Shown one piece after another: positions 31,124 to 44,960 of a stretch of DNA of 64,000 nucleotides. Below the pieces are notes generated by a model. The model did not search any database, was not told the DNA's origin, and saw only the letters and a program-made list of their open reading frames with translations. The position numbers were made by a program, and so were the translations under genes. Numbering within the stretch: the first letter of the stretch is position 1; each line of letters begins with the position of its first letter. Source of the stretch: Flaccisagitta enflata (Eukaryota); assembly GCA_965153355.1 (NCBI GenBank), contig OZ231126.1:21018001-21082000 (forward strand), given 5' to 3'.

Positions 31124-32879
31124 GTGCTATGTTTTTGAATCTGAACCAACTCTCATGTCAGCGATTTTGAGCTCCCTTTCATTTGAATAAAGTTGATCAA
31201 TTCCTTCAGGATTCTGGCCCTCAAAAGCCCAAAGCACAGGCCATGGAGGCCTCAAATTAGCCTCCCCAGGCCTCATTTTAGCCCTCCAAGCCTCAGATCA
31301 GCCCTGTTGGCTAGAAATTAGCCTGCTCTGTACCTGAAATCTACCCTCCAGACCTTCAATCAGCCCTCCAAGCATCAAATCAGCCCTCCAAACCTCAAAT
31401 CTGCTCTCCAAGCCTTAGTTCTGCCCTTCAGCCCTCAAATATGCCTTCAGTGGCCTAATTCAGCCATCTAAAGCCTGAAATACGCCCCAGCAGGACGGAT
31501 GGGAAACGGACGTCTAAAAATTCACCCCTGTGTTCTACAGGACATTGGCCTTTTTTGGCTGCCTGCTTCCTACCCACCACCTCTTCACTGGATCACTCCC
31601 AGCAGGGAATCGGGTACTGCTGACCATGTGCGATCCTTGGATGACTAGTTGTGTCTGTTTGACCATTGAGGAGGGGAGAGTAGGGGTGAGGAATCCTCAC
31701 TGAGGATGGGGGTTGGACACCCCTGCCCACTTGTTTGCAATACTATTGTGACCCCTTTGTAAACCTGTCCTACCCTTTGTAACCAGAAGAAAAGCTTACA
31801 AAGTGAGATTGTTTTAACAATTATGTTCAGTCTTTGACCCTTTTTGATTTCATCCTTTTCAGGCTCTGTCAAATGACACCGACAGATTTTTTCTCTCTCA
31901 AAAGATATAGCTGGACAAAAGGTAGCGCTTGAAGTTATACTTCTAGTCACGAGAAACAGTTCTGATTTTGCTCTAATTTCGAATTCAACTACCTGTAAGA
32001 TATCATCGGCATTGCCAAACGCTGACCTCTACAGTTCTGGGGGTGGCACCAATGGATAGAGCTTGGAATTCTGCTTTGGATTTCGTCGGAATGATAATGA
32101 ATTAGAGCAACCCCGATTTTTAGTATTAATTAACTGACATGATGTTTGACACAATTTTCTGTTCTTACATTCAGAGTCAGAGTCAGACGTAAGTAAAGGT
32201 CAACCTAAGCACAGACAATTAAATTTTTTTTGAATCTATAGCATTTCATATACATTATGGTCACTCTTTTTATCATCGATGTCACCCAAATGGTTTGGAA
32301 AATATTTCACTTTTCCTTCTAGATCTACTTCCTTACTCGGATGAAGATGTATGTAAAGGTGATTTTTGTGGTGCGAATTTCCTTGTCATCATTGCTGTTC
32401 CATATGCTGTAGTAGATTTCACTTTAAGCATCACCTCTCACCAAAACAACTTTTCTATGGAGCTAAATTGGCTAAATTGCATGATACAGCCTGTTGCATG
32501 CAGTCGGATCCACCTATGTTAAAGAGATGAACTGTCTGCGCATCTGTGTATTCGTCCGTCCATTTATATGTTGATTTTAGCCAGTTTGTCTCCCTTCCCT
32601 GACGCGCAATGATACATTGGAAGGTTAACTCTGACTTAGAAAAAATGTCAGTGGAGATGAGTTTTAGAATGAAGTCGTAGAATAAGTGTTACTTTTTTCC
32701 CCATTTTTTGTCACAAAAAAAGTTTGTAAAACATAAAGCAGTAATGCTGAAGACTTATGATTTCCACAGTTTTATTCAACGTCCTCACTTTAGTCAAATG
32801 CCAAAAATCTTTTTCGAGCGAGCTTTTCAACCCCATCTGATATCGCCGCCTACAAAAGGGGATGAGTCTAATACCGAAA

Positions 32880-33900
32880 ACATTCATTTTTACTGTACCT
32901 TTGAGATATCACTGTATTGCCATTATTGAATGACAATGGACCAAATTCATGAGCTTCTGAATGATTTTTCAATGCTCTTTTCGATAAGACTAGCCAAAAA
33001 TATTTTCTCCTAATCGTTTAAAAGATATGCGCCTCAAAACTAGGCATGGATCAAACATATGGAAAAATGCTTTTCACTTTACTTTGAGATATCACTGTAG
33101 CACCATTTCTGAATAAGTCAAGACCAAATTCACGAGGTTCTGAAAGAATTCAAAAAGGTCTTTCAAATGAGACCAACCATGTACTTCAATCTCCATTAAC
33201 TTAGTCCATTTAGCTCGACAAAGCCTGACAAAGTCAAACACCCAAAAAGACAATTTTCACTGTACTTTGAGAGATCACTGTAGCGCCATTTCTGAATGAA
33301 AATGGACAAAATTTATAAGATTTTGAAAGATTTTTTTATGCTTTTTTGAATGAGACCGGCCAAAAATATTTTCTCCTAACCGTGTAAAAGATATAAGCTT
33401 TCAAAGTTGAATGGTTATAACCTAAAATCATCAACAACCATACAACTGTAATTTGGCATTTTTCCACCAAAATTCCAATTCGCTTCTGGTTTTTCGGCTA
33501 TTATCATTGAGTTGCAACATAATTTGATCAAAAAATTTGATATTTCGATTTTTATCTACATTTCCTTGGAAGAAATAGCTCAACAAAATGAGATTGTTCA
33601 AACACCTGAAATACACAATTTTCACTGTACTTTGAGAGATCACTGTTGCTTCTATTTCTGAATATGAAATAAGGACAAAATTCATGAGATTCTGAAAAAA
33701 ATTTTTATGCTTTTGAATGAGGACCATTAAAAATATTTTCTCCCAATTATAAAAAATGTGACTTTAAAGTTGAATAATTTAAAACTAAAATCATAGCAAC
33801 ACACACAACTATTATTTGGCATTTTCAGCAAAATTAAATTTAGATTAGGTTTTTTATTTCATCGTCAAGTTACAACATAATTTGACCAAAAAAATGATAT
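32880..33900 (-). repeat. Inverted, more degenerate copies (~3) of the 366-bp unit (right arm)
   Basis: e.g. TTTTCACTGTACTTTGAGAGATCACTGT at ~33255 and ~33620 is the reverse complement of the left-arm unit. Confidence 0.9.
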
Positions 33901-34651
33901 TTTGAATTTTCGTCATTTTCACGACCACCCCTCCCATCAGGACCTGAATTTTGGCCAATTTGACCCACTTGCCCCCACCACATACAGGACACCCTCCTCA
34001 ACCACTCACACACTACCCTCTTACATGTTTTTGCTTTCCAATGAGTCCAAAAATGTGCTTATTCATCAAAAACAGGCTAGCAAAAAAAATTTGAAGTTGA
34101 CAGGTTACCACCAGCTTTGGGTTATTTTGGGGCCATTTTGGAAAGCTTTTAAGTGGTGGACTACTCACAGGACCACTTTGGGAAGCCCCCCCAAGGGTAT
34201 TTTTGTGTTCTACCACACCCACCCCGTGCCCAAAACCGCGGCACAGACGATCTGAAGCCTAGAGGCCATTTTGATACACCTGTATCCAGCCTTGTTCTAA
34301 AGACGTATTGATTTTTTGACAGTTGTATTTTACTTTTATTTTCTAACATGTATTTCCCGCACTATTAAAAAAAAATTCTTCTTAGTTCTTAGTTGCTTTG
34401 TTTTTCTGTTGGTCTGTTTGGGGTCCGTCTGTAGGTCTGTTTGGCGTCTGTGGGTCTGGGAGTGATACCTGATAATGATTGAGTCAAAAAGTAACACCAC
34501 AGACAACTTACGTGAGATAACAACATTGTTGCGGATAAGTGGGCAGGGGCATGTAACCCCCTCATCCACACCCACACACGCCCACAGAACATGTTTTTTT
34601 TTTCTTTACAGCCGTGTATCCAGTCTTTTTTTTCTAATTTGAAAAAAAAAA

Positions 34652-35822
34652 GAACAAGGCCGGATACACAGGCCAAGACGGTGCGCCAACATTATTATTT
34701 TCTAGACCTATCCTTAGCTTTATCAGACCTATCCATAGCTCTATCAGACCTATCCCAAGCTCCATTGACCACAGATGATAATGGATGAAATGATAAGAAA
34801 CATGAATTCTTAGACCTATCTCAAGCTCTACCAGACCTATTCTGAGCTCAATCAGACCAATCCCAAGTTCTATTGGACAATCCAATAGCAGCCCAAAGGC
34901 AGTAAGCGGTCAGCGGTACCTGTGCCCTGCTTGAGATTTGTGTAATTTAAGTTGAGGGGAAGCAGGGCAGCGGCCCCAAAGGGGACAAAGTCCTGTAGAA
35001 CACAGGGGGAATCTGTCCGTCCATCCGTCCGTCCGTCCGTCCGTCCGTCCCCCCCACCCCATCCTCAGGGCTTCGTCTCCTTTGGGGCCTATTCTGACCC
35101 AAATTCTGCCATATAGCCTAAATCCAAGCAATATGGCCCAAATCTTAGCAAAATGGCCCAAATCCTAGCATAATGGCCCAAATACAAGAAAAATGGCCCA
35201 AATCTGGTCAGAATCTAGGTAGATTTATATTCATATCTATATAGATCTAAGGGGCCAAAATGATGTACCTCAGGCTAGATTTGGGCCATTTTGCTTGGAT
35301 TTGGGCTATTATACTTGGATTTGGGCCATTTTGCTTAGATTTGGGCCATATTGCTTGGATTTGGGCTATTTGGCAGAATTTGGGTCAGAGCAGGCCCCAA
35401 AGGAGACAAAGCCTGGATAGAAGGCAGAGGGACAGACGACGGATGTATGTACGGACAGACGGACAGATTCCCCCTGTGTTCCTACAGGAAACCAATCCCA
35501 AGTTCTATTGGACAATCCAAAAATGAATATGATGATGAATGAAATGACAAGAAAAATTCCTCAGACCTATCCGGAGCCCTATATCAGACCACTTTCAGAT
35601 CTATGAGCTTTATGAGACCTAACTGTAGATGAATGTGATAATGAATGGAATGACAGATAATATGAATGACAAAAAAGATAAGTTTTCATGTGATTTCAAA
35701 TATTTTTCAGGATTTTTCACTCGAGGGTGACCAACCGACCAGCCAACCAACAAACCAACCAACCAACCGATCAACCTTTGACAGACAGAGTCTCTTATAG
35801 AGGTGCTGTGGCGCACCTAAAA
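34652..35822 (-). mobile_element. HINE family C (21-bp array) interrupted by a family B element
   Basis: AACAAGGCCGGATACAC at 34653, AGACCTATC repeats, family B at ~34890-35490, TTATAGAGGTGCTGTGGCGCACCTAAAA end. Confidence 0.75.
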
Positions 35823-37856
35823 AGTGACACTTTTTTTGTCGCAGACAAATAACTCAAAGCAGCTCTGTCTATTGGTCCGTTGGTCCGCTGGCATGTTGGT
35901 CACGCATGAATTGAAAAGAGCAAAAGCGCGTGTTTTGTGGGTGTGGGTAAGGGGGTCACATGTCCATGCCCACCTATCCGTGACATTGTTTTTATCTCAC
36001 GTAAGTTGTCTTTGCTGTTACTTTTTTACTCAGTCATTGCTAGGCCACACTCCCAGACCCACGGACGCCAAACAGACCAACAGATGGACAAAGCGACTAA
36101 GAACTGAAACAAAATTTTTTTTTCAAATGCGAAAAAAAATGTAAAAAATTACAAGTAAAATACAACTGTCAAAAATTCACGAAAAAGATGTTAGAAAAGT
36201 AAAATATGATTATCTTGACATTGTTGTTATCTTTACCCACAGATCCATGTGCCCTCCTGTATCATTGCCCCTGCCCAATCTTAGAGGCCCGTGTCTGGCC
36301 TTCTCCAGCCACAAATTAAGTCGTCCAGAATCTTATTCTAAGTGGTTTTAAGTGAATATTGCAAGCTCAGGCATAAAATGACACTCAGTCTGAAAAAGCT
36401 CAACTTTGAGCCTTGGAAAAGCTCAGAAATGAGCTTTATGAGCACCTAACCCAGTTAAGTCAAGCTTTTGAGTCAAAAAGCTCATTTTTGAGTTTTTATT
36501 AATTTAAAAGCTTATTTTTGCCTATTTTTTTAAGACTTGTAAGCGATTTGACAATCTGAATGAATTCTCCACCCCAAAATCTATGATTGAGTGAAAAATG
36601 AAAAAAATCGAAGGGTGCCATGTCTGAGATTTTCATCACTCATTTTTTCTCCAATCAAAAAAAAAGATAAAAATCCATACCTACATCCCAGTTTTTCTCT
36701 ACCACATAGCTGTTGCCCAAAAATTCTCTAAAAAAAAAAGAATAAGTCCACTCGATGAGGATGTATGGCCGTGGGAAATTAAAAAAAAACGCGAAAAAAG
36801 CAAAAGCTCAGAAATGAGCTTTCCCAGGATCTCCGGCTGGAGTAACAACCTTCTTTATAACAACGTCGAGGCTCAAAATGTAAAAAAAATAAGAACATTT
36901 CTAGCAACATCGTCAGCCTCAGAAAATTAAAAATCTTTTAACATTTCAGCCTCAAGTCCAACTAATAACAACTTTTCTCTTAGATTTGCCATAATTTCCG
37001 TTTCATTTGTAACATTTGGCGGTTTCATAGAAGAGGTGGCTTTTTCTACTGTATTTCAGATAGAACAATATTTTGTTCCTGATTTTGAATGGTTGTTCTC
37101 CTTTATTTCATTCCTTCCTAGATCCTGTCTTGAAAGCAGCAGAAAAGACCAGTGTTTTGAATATCCTTATCAATGTTATATTAGAAGATTGATGAAAAAA
37201 AAATAACAACAGTTTAGCAACGGTTTGAGCCTCATATCGTCTTTCAAATAACAACATTGAGCCTCAGAAAAAAATAACCCGTTGTTACTCAGCCAAGTGC
37301 GTGTTCTTAAACAAATGATCAACTAACCTGATTTGATCCTCGCCAACGATCTAAGCTACTTACACGTAACCCTTGCAACGCAATAAGTTAAATCGTAGTT
37401 CTTCTTCTAATGGAATTGTAAATCTTACTTACAGATCTGCCTCCTTTATCCTCTACTTCATCCTCATCATCTATCGCCAGTATAACAGACTAGAAAGAAA
37501 AGAAAACATGTGAGTAATGATAAAGAGAAACAAATGGCTAAGTTCTAAGGAGTGAAAAAAAAAGAAGGGAAGAATGAAAGAAAAGAAAACTTGAGTAATG
37601 ATAAATAGAAAGAAAGGGAAATAAGTGATGAAATAAAAAAGAAAGAAAAAGGAGATAAAGTAAAAAAAAGAAAAGGAGAGAATAAAGCGACGAAAAATCG
37701 CGGAAGACGGCAAAGAGATCACATATGTCTCAGATTCCAAGACAATTTTCAACTCAAGAAATAAATAAGCTGTAATTTCTTACAGCCTCGCTTGAAAGCA
37801 CAAAGCAAAGTTTTTCTTTTTCTATATCTCTCTCTCTCTCTCTATTTCTCTCTCTC

Positions 37857-37901
<45 letters not shown>

Positions 37902-37908
37902 CTCCACT

Positions 37909-37945
<37 letters not shown>

Positions 37946-39879
37946 TTCCTCTTTCTTTTTATATATACATATATATATATATACTCATATATATATATTT
38001 TTCTTTGAATATGCCTAAACTTATTTGTAACTCTATATATACTCTTTACCTATCTTGTGTTTCTCTTATATGGTTTCCATTTTTTGACGATTTCTCTCTG
38101 ACTTCATTCAGGTATTTCTTTCCTTCATCTCTCACTCTCTCTGCAGTTCATCCATCCTTATTCCAGTTTCTCTCCACCCTCTTGCATTCATTGTTCCTTT
38201 CTTTCTTATTTTTCAGTTTCTTATCCCCATATTTATCTATCTTAGCATCAGAAGGCCTACACTCTATCTGTCTCTCTCTCTCTCTCTCTCTCAGTTATTA
38301 ACAAACTCATTCAGACACCAACCTTTCTCAACAGAGGACCATCTGGTATACACCGTCATGTATCAGTTACTAAAAGAAATCTGTAAGTTGCCCGTCCTCC
38401 TAAACCACGTCATTTGAAGAAAAGAAAGAGTGGGGAAAAAATCATCATTTTCTCTAAATAATTTCTGAAAATTTCAAATAAAATTTTTATGTGAAATAGA
38501 AAAAAACGCGAGCCTGCACAACACAGCAGCATGAAAGACAGAAAGAAAAACCCAGACCTTTACACACGCTAAGCACAATGCACGCGGTGGCCTCGGTATT
38601 TTTCGCTGGTCATGAGAGAAAAAAATCAACAGCCATAAATAAAAAGGCGAAAAAAATAAAAGGTGCCAGATCAGCGGTTAATCTCCGGATTCGTGTGATA
38701 CCGCGATGCCTTATCATTGGCTCCACACCATTTGCGTGTATCTGGTATCATTTTCTTTGTGTGTCTATTTCTCTCACTAGAATCCCTCTCTGCTTCTTAT
38801 TTACTTTTGGATTTATAAGTCATCTTTGCGTGAGAGGAGCTGAAAGAGGAGATGGTGCTGTACCAATGGAGATTGTGTGAACCTTTTCTCTTTGATATCT
38901 GCACGTCCTTAAGGAGCTTCATCTGTCCAGCTCCTTTCCTTTATACCTGCTATCTTAGCAGAGGGTGACGTGGTTTAAAAAAAAGGAGATAAACACGTCG
39001 ATCATTAGTTTATTCAATATAGTATCACTTTGTTGTTAGGACAAATATGATACTTTTATTTACTCTTTATAGTATGAAGTATCAGCAGTTTGATATCAGA
39101 AACTTTTTGTATAAAGATCAGAAAAAAAAACTGAAAGATTATAGAAAAAAAGGAAAAAAATTCTGAGTGATGTTCTCGCGCCTGTCGCCGATTCAATTCA
39201 TGGCATGGCGCCCTACTGTAACAGCAACATAGCAGCGACAACAGCAACAGCAACAGCAGCAGCAGCAACAGCAACACTCTTATAACGCTGCAACAACCGG
39301 TTTCGATAGCATTTCTCTCAAAACCACGTCAACAAATCGAGACAAACATCGACGGTGACAGCGATGCGCTGGTGTCATCGGAAAAGAAAAGTGGCAAAGA
39401 AACAGTTTTAGTGAGCCTGCTGCCGAGCAGGAAGGGGTTCAGCTGTGGAGAAAGGGTTTAATGGCAACAATCAAGGCTGATTAGCATACAAGTAGCTAAA
39501 CCTATTTATCAGCCTGTGAATATAATATAGTCTATCAGTGCCTCATAGCTCTGCCCTCTGCATGGTCTGGGTGGTGCCTTTGTGTATCATGCATAACTTT
39601 AACATCATGCTGTAACAGCAGCCTCATGTGCTGAAATGAATCTAAGAGAAAAGAAAAAGAATACTGCACTAACGCTCTTCAGCAGTTGGACTAGTTATTA
39701 ACCTCTGCAATGAAAGCCTCATGGGAAAGTTTTAAGTATTCACCATCGCCTTCATTTGGAAAAGAAACTTAAGGAAATGAAGATCCTCCTCTCAACAACA
39801 GCAACAACAACAACCATCCAAATGGGCCGGATTACTGATCTCATTCTGTTCATTTTACCTTTATCCTCTCCATTTTTAG

Positions 39880-39936
39880 ATCAGTTGAAAGGAATCTTAG
39901 TCAGTGCATTCAATCTCCTCAGTCTCAACTATGATG
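39880..39936 (+). other. Candidate 57-nt exon (unknown gene or UTR)
   Basis: Pyrimidine tract and TTTTTAG acceptor, G|GTAAGC donor, open phase-1 frame (D)QLKGILVSAFNLLSLNYD. Confidence 0.25.
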
Positions 39937-40441
39937 GTAAGCTAAATCGAAGGGAAGTGATGATTACTTATAATATCAAGAGTTCATTACATAACTGAAC
40001 TTATATTTTCTTTTACATACAAGGTAATGTCATCTCATAGAGATCTCATCCATTAAATCATCATCAGTCCGTCGTGGTCCGTCAATCGTCATCATCAGTC
40101 ATCCATCCATCCATGTAAAAAGCCAAGTTTTTCGGCTTTTTTTGGACACGGTGAGATTCTATACTGAATCAAACGATCGACAAAGGAGTTTCAAATCACG
40201 CAGATGACGCATCTAGTTGCCCGATCGGGCTTGTTGTCAATTCAAACACTCTGGAGACACAAAATCAATTCCTGAAAACAAATGAGTAAATATAGGCAAT
40301 TAAGTTACGTTATTGTTGTCGGTACATTGGTACATCGGTAACAAATATTTCTGAATTTCAAGCGGTTTCTACATAACGGCCCCTGCCCAACCGTCTTTGA
40401 CTGTCTTGCTGTGTATATAATTGCGAATCTGAACTCTGCAT

Positions 40442-40760
40442 AAGGCCGGATACAAGGTAAAAATCGGCAAAAGTGGAGAAAACCTCCCTATGGTTGTGCA
40501 CGAAACCATATGTGCAACCTTACCCCTAAACCTACCTTAACTCAAACCCCACCCCTAACCCTGCCATAACATCTGACACTACCCCTAGCCCTAAACCCAC
40601 CCCTATCCCCAACTCAACCCCTAACCCTAATGTAAGCCCCAGCCATGCCCTAGCCCTAGCCATTGTTCAGCCCTAGCCAAGCCCTAGCCCTAGCCATTGT
40701 TCGGCAAAAATCATAAAAAAACATATAATAATGTTACCTTGTACCTAATGACTAACAGAT
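40442..40760 (-). mobile_element. Degenerate HINE-like element with (CCCTAA/CCCTAG)-like internal array
   Basis: AAGGCCGGATACA terminus followed by degenerate CCCTAA/CCCTAG hexamers at 40520-40697. Confidence 0.5.
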
Positions 40761-40922
40761 GGACAGAAAACGCTATTGAAAGAATAGGAAAGAAAGAAAG
40801 AAATAAAGGTTTTATGAGTCAGATTGATTTTTTTTCGACTTGTGTCGAGTTACTTTTATCCTGCGAGGATTTTTTTACAATGGTTCTTTCATTTATTACT
40901 TTTGCATATCAACTGCGATGAT

Positions 40923-41022
<100 letters not shown>

Positions 41023-41307
41023 GGAGATTAATAATGTATTTCTAGACCCCCACCGATTGATCCACCATGGACTTGGAAACGATGAATCAGAATATTATCT
41101 ATAAAGATAAGGACTTCTTGATCAGATTTGCCCCCTTCAGACGATCTCTTAAACTATGAACAAGCCAGTCCGGCAAAATCACCAAATAAGCCGACGTTCC
41201 TTGTTGCATATCAAAACAATACCAACACTACACATTTGAAAAATGGCATCAAATCTCTACACAGATTGGTCACATTTCTTGGGTCTGTCAAAATCTTTAA
41301 AATTAAA

Positions 41308-41413
41308 ATGGCCAATCTGGAACCTGTAGCTTCAATCACCGAGGAGAACCTTTCCAATGTTGATGCTATGTCCATCAACAATTGCACTTCTGGCGAAGAC
41401 AGTAACCCAAATT
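41308..41413 (+). CDS. Candidate first coding exon of an unknown protein (MANLEPVASITEENLSNVDAMSINNCTSGEDSNPN)
   Basis: AAAATGG start context, T|GTAAGC donor, upstream acceptor TTTCTAG ending at 41045. No recognisable homology. Confidence 0.25.
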
Positions 41414-41848
41414 GTAAGCAGTTTTTGTGTCACTTTTCCTGCTAAACCATTCTAGTGCATGGTGTACTTTCCCCTTGCCCATTTACAATTATGCAACAGA
41501 CATGCAAATGAGCGTACAAACTAGATTTGCTTCTCATTTTCTGATAAAAGTCAGGGCGGTCCTCGAATATGCATCGATGAATGTGAGATAAACCCCCCCT
41601 AGGACTTCTCTGATGTGTGCGTAGATGCTGGGGCTTAGGCTGAGCCTGGGTTTTTGAAAGAAGAACGAACGTAAAACTGATCCACGTTTTGTGGCTGTGA
41701 AAATCATGACTGATTTTGTGAAAGTAGCACGTTTTTGGGTCGAATCAATACCAAAATCAGATTCGAGTTAAGAAAATGAATAAAAGAAAGAAGAGTTTTA
41801 ATCTTGCGCCTTCTCTCTTTCAGTAGATTTCTCCCGCTGTTGAGTCTG

Positions 41849-41957
<109 letters not shown>

Positions 41958-42343
41958 AACCTCAATCTATCCCTACACGATCATTTTGGGGCTCATTGAA
42001 CAGATGGACATCTCTAGCTGAAAGCCTGAAATCCGAATGGGATTGACCTGAAATTAATTTGCCAAGAATAAACGAAAACGCGATACCGAAAACTGAAGGC
42101 TAACCATCCATTTTTCGAATTTTGTTTTTTCCTACTTTTTCTTTTCCCTCAAACTTCCCTCTAAGTTTTGATGGAGAGGCAAAAAAACATTTTTAATCAT
42201 TTTCTTGTTTTGTTTTGTTTTTTCTTTTGTTTTTTCTTTTGTTTTTTTTTTCTGACAAATTTCTTTTGTCTTTGCCTTAAACTGTCGGACTTACTCTGCA
42301 GTCCCTCTGTCCCTCCGTCTGTCTGTCTGTCTATCTTTCTTTT

Positions 42344-42383
<40 letters not shown>

Positions 42384-42394
42384 TCCTTTCTTTT

Positions 42395-42480
<86 letters not shown>

Positions 42481-43139
42481 CTTTCTCTCCGATCTCTTCT
42501 TTCTTTTCATTTCTTTTTCCCTTTCTTTTCTAATACAATGGAGGTTGTGATGAGGATTATTAAGAAAGGAGCCTTAACGGGGATTGTATGGCTCTGAAGT
42601 TCGATCGATTCGACAGCTGTGAGATTGAAAGAAGAAAAGATTTGTAGAAAAGGGAACCAGGCAACACGCGGGGAAAACTGGGAGCCTAAATACTGGGTCT
42701 TATCGAAAGGTTGCGTTCATTTGCTTTTGCTCTTTAGATTACTGTTTCGTGTCTGTCTTTGATTTACATGGTTCTGCTGAACTACTCCATCAAGAAATCC
42801 TTCACTAAAAGAATACAATGTCTCTATTTATTAGCCTGCATACGCATATGCATATGTTTGAACTGACAATAAAAATGGATCAACCATTGCGTTGCCTTTT
42901 TTGGCCATGATGCATTGAAGGAGCTTGTCCTGCATCAATCATCGGCTCCATTTATTTTCATATTTTCATTAGAGGATGCTTCTGTATGTAATGGAACATG
43001 TCTTATTCATTGATCCAACGCAACAGCAGTTTAGGTATGGATTATTTACTAAATAACCAACATCGGCCATCTCTCCATTCTGTCTTTTTAACTCTCTGTC
43101 ACTCTGTCACTCTCTGTCTCTCTCTGTCTCTCTCTGTCT

Positions 43140-43308
<169 letters not shown>

Positions 43309-43438
43309 ACAACAAGTTTTGCTATGTATGAAAGGACTTTTTTTCTCAGTTTAAGTGATTCGTGAGTTTGTGTGCGTCTGGTCTGACGGCATCTCTTAAG
43401 GTCGTGATTTAGTGACTCCGTTAAATACTCACTTTGAC

Positions 43439-43513
<75 letters not shown>

Positions 43514-44169
43514 TCTGACGACGGCGCTGTCGAGTTGATCCTGATGATGAGTTTCCCCCTTTTTTGAATCGAAAACTAGTTAATCTTTCTTGCCTGGCGC
43601 TGAGGATAAGAAGGGACGAAGAAAAGGAGGGGAAGGGGGTGGACCTGGCCAAAGAGAAGTGGGACAATGTTGAGGACCTTGAAGCAAAGTGCACCACAGA
43701 AAGAACATTCAAAAGAGAAAGTATGAGGCTAGTATTCAAGTGTTACTTACGCTGATTAACGCTGGCGCAGAAAAGAGGATCATTGAACATTTCTTCTCAT
43801 CAACTACCTAAAACTGTCCATTCTCATACCAAAGTGCGTGTGATTGACGCGATGCAGTGGATCAAAAAAAGGCGTCAGCGCGGAAAAGCCGGAAAAGCAA
43901 AAAAAGGGAAAAGGAAGAGAAAATGATAAGAAAATCACTGGGTAGCAGCCTCATATCACTCCGCATGACTTAAGTTCCTCAACCATTGACATTTCGAAAT
44001 CATCCCCTGGGACTTAACTGCATCAACGCGGCGCTTTTATTTGCTCCCTGGAGAGCTTTGCTGCTCATTCAAGCGTACACAACTGCTCACGCTGTTTAGC
44101 TTAAAGTCAACACAATCTTCATATCAAGTTTCCTCCTCCGTATGACTACGCATACTCTAAAAGACGTTA

Positions 44170-44763
44170 CCATCTTGGCCATGAATATAAGCACAGCTTT
44201 AAAGTGTCATAACTCGCTCAATTTTAATCACTTAGAGATGATTTTTTTTCAGAATTTACATCTTCAAAAAATCTATCATATGAGACCAAGCTGGTTCCTG
44301 TATCCTTTATTCGTTTAGAAATGAGAGCTAAATGAATAAAACATTTGCCTTTTGCAAATATGGATTGATGATTTTTTTTTAGTTTATGGAAAATGGCGCA
44401 CTGCCACACTGCGCCAAATATACTGTAAGATCGACAAGTTAAGCTCATCTAAGGTTAGCCCACATCAATTTGGATCTCAATCCAATTGAGAACTTAAAGA
44501 TTCAAACAAAAAACCTGCAGATGCAGAGGAAAACAACAGGGCTGAAATGAATCGCATAAATGGTTTGAAACAACACCACTCAAGTTTTGAGTCAAGAATA
44601 CCTCCAGTCTCTCTACGAGTCAATGCCAAAGTAAATGCAGGTAGTGGTGGAAGCCCAACATAGTCATACTAAAAATTAAATGCAGTCTGATATATTTGAT
44701 ACTCATTTATAGTCAATAATTCAACTTATGTACCTACTGTACTTATATTTATGGCCAAGATGG
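44170..44763 (+). mobile_element. Internally deleted Tc1 element
   Basis: TA|CCATCTTGGCCATGAATATAAGCACAG ... CTGTACTTATATTTATGGCCAAGATGG|TA (27-bp TIR, 2 mismatches). Confidence 0.92.
44470..44679 (+). pseudogene. Tc1 transposase C-terminal remnant
   Basis: Translates to LDLNPIENL..K*IA*MV*NN..EYLQSLYESMPK*MQVVVEAQHSHTKN*, matching the SPDLNPIENLW ... SMPxR..V....GGxTKY motifs of Tc1 transposases; several in-frame stops. Confidence 0.9.
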
Positions 44764-44960
44764 TATAACTCAGTCCCATGTTGGTCTATTTGTCCATCTG
44801 ATGAACATTCTCCCCTACCATGTATCTGTATTAGATTAGAAATCGCTGCAAAAAGGATGTAGGGACATCTGTCACGTCCATAACCGTCTATATCATCCTT
44901 TTGCTTGTCAATGAATTCTTGTTCTTCAATCATCCATTTATTCTAAAGCCTTCCTCTCTC

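Noticed and set aside
40520..40697. True telomere or chromosome-fusion scar
   Set aside because: Short, highly degenerate, single orientation and adjacent to a HINE terminus.
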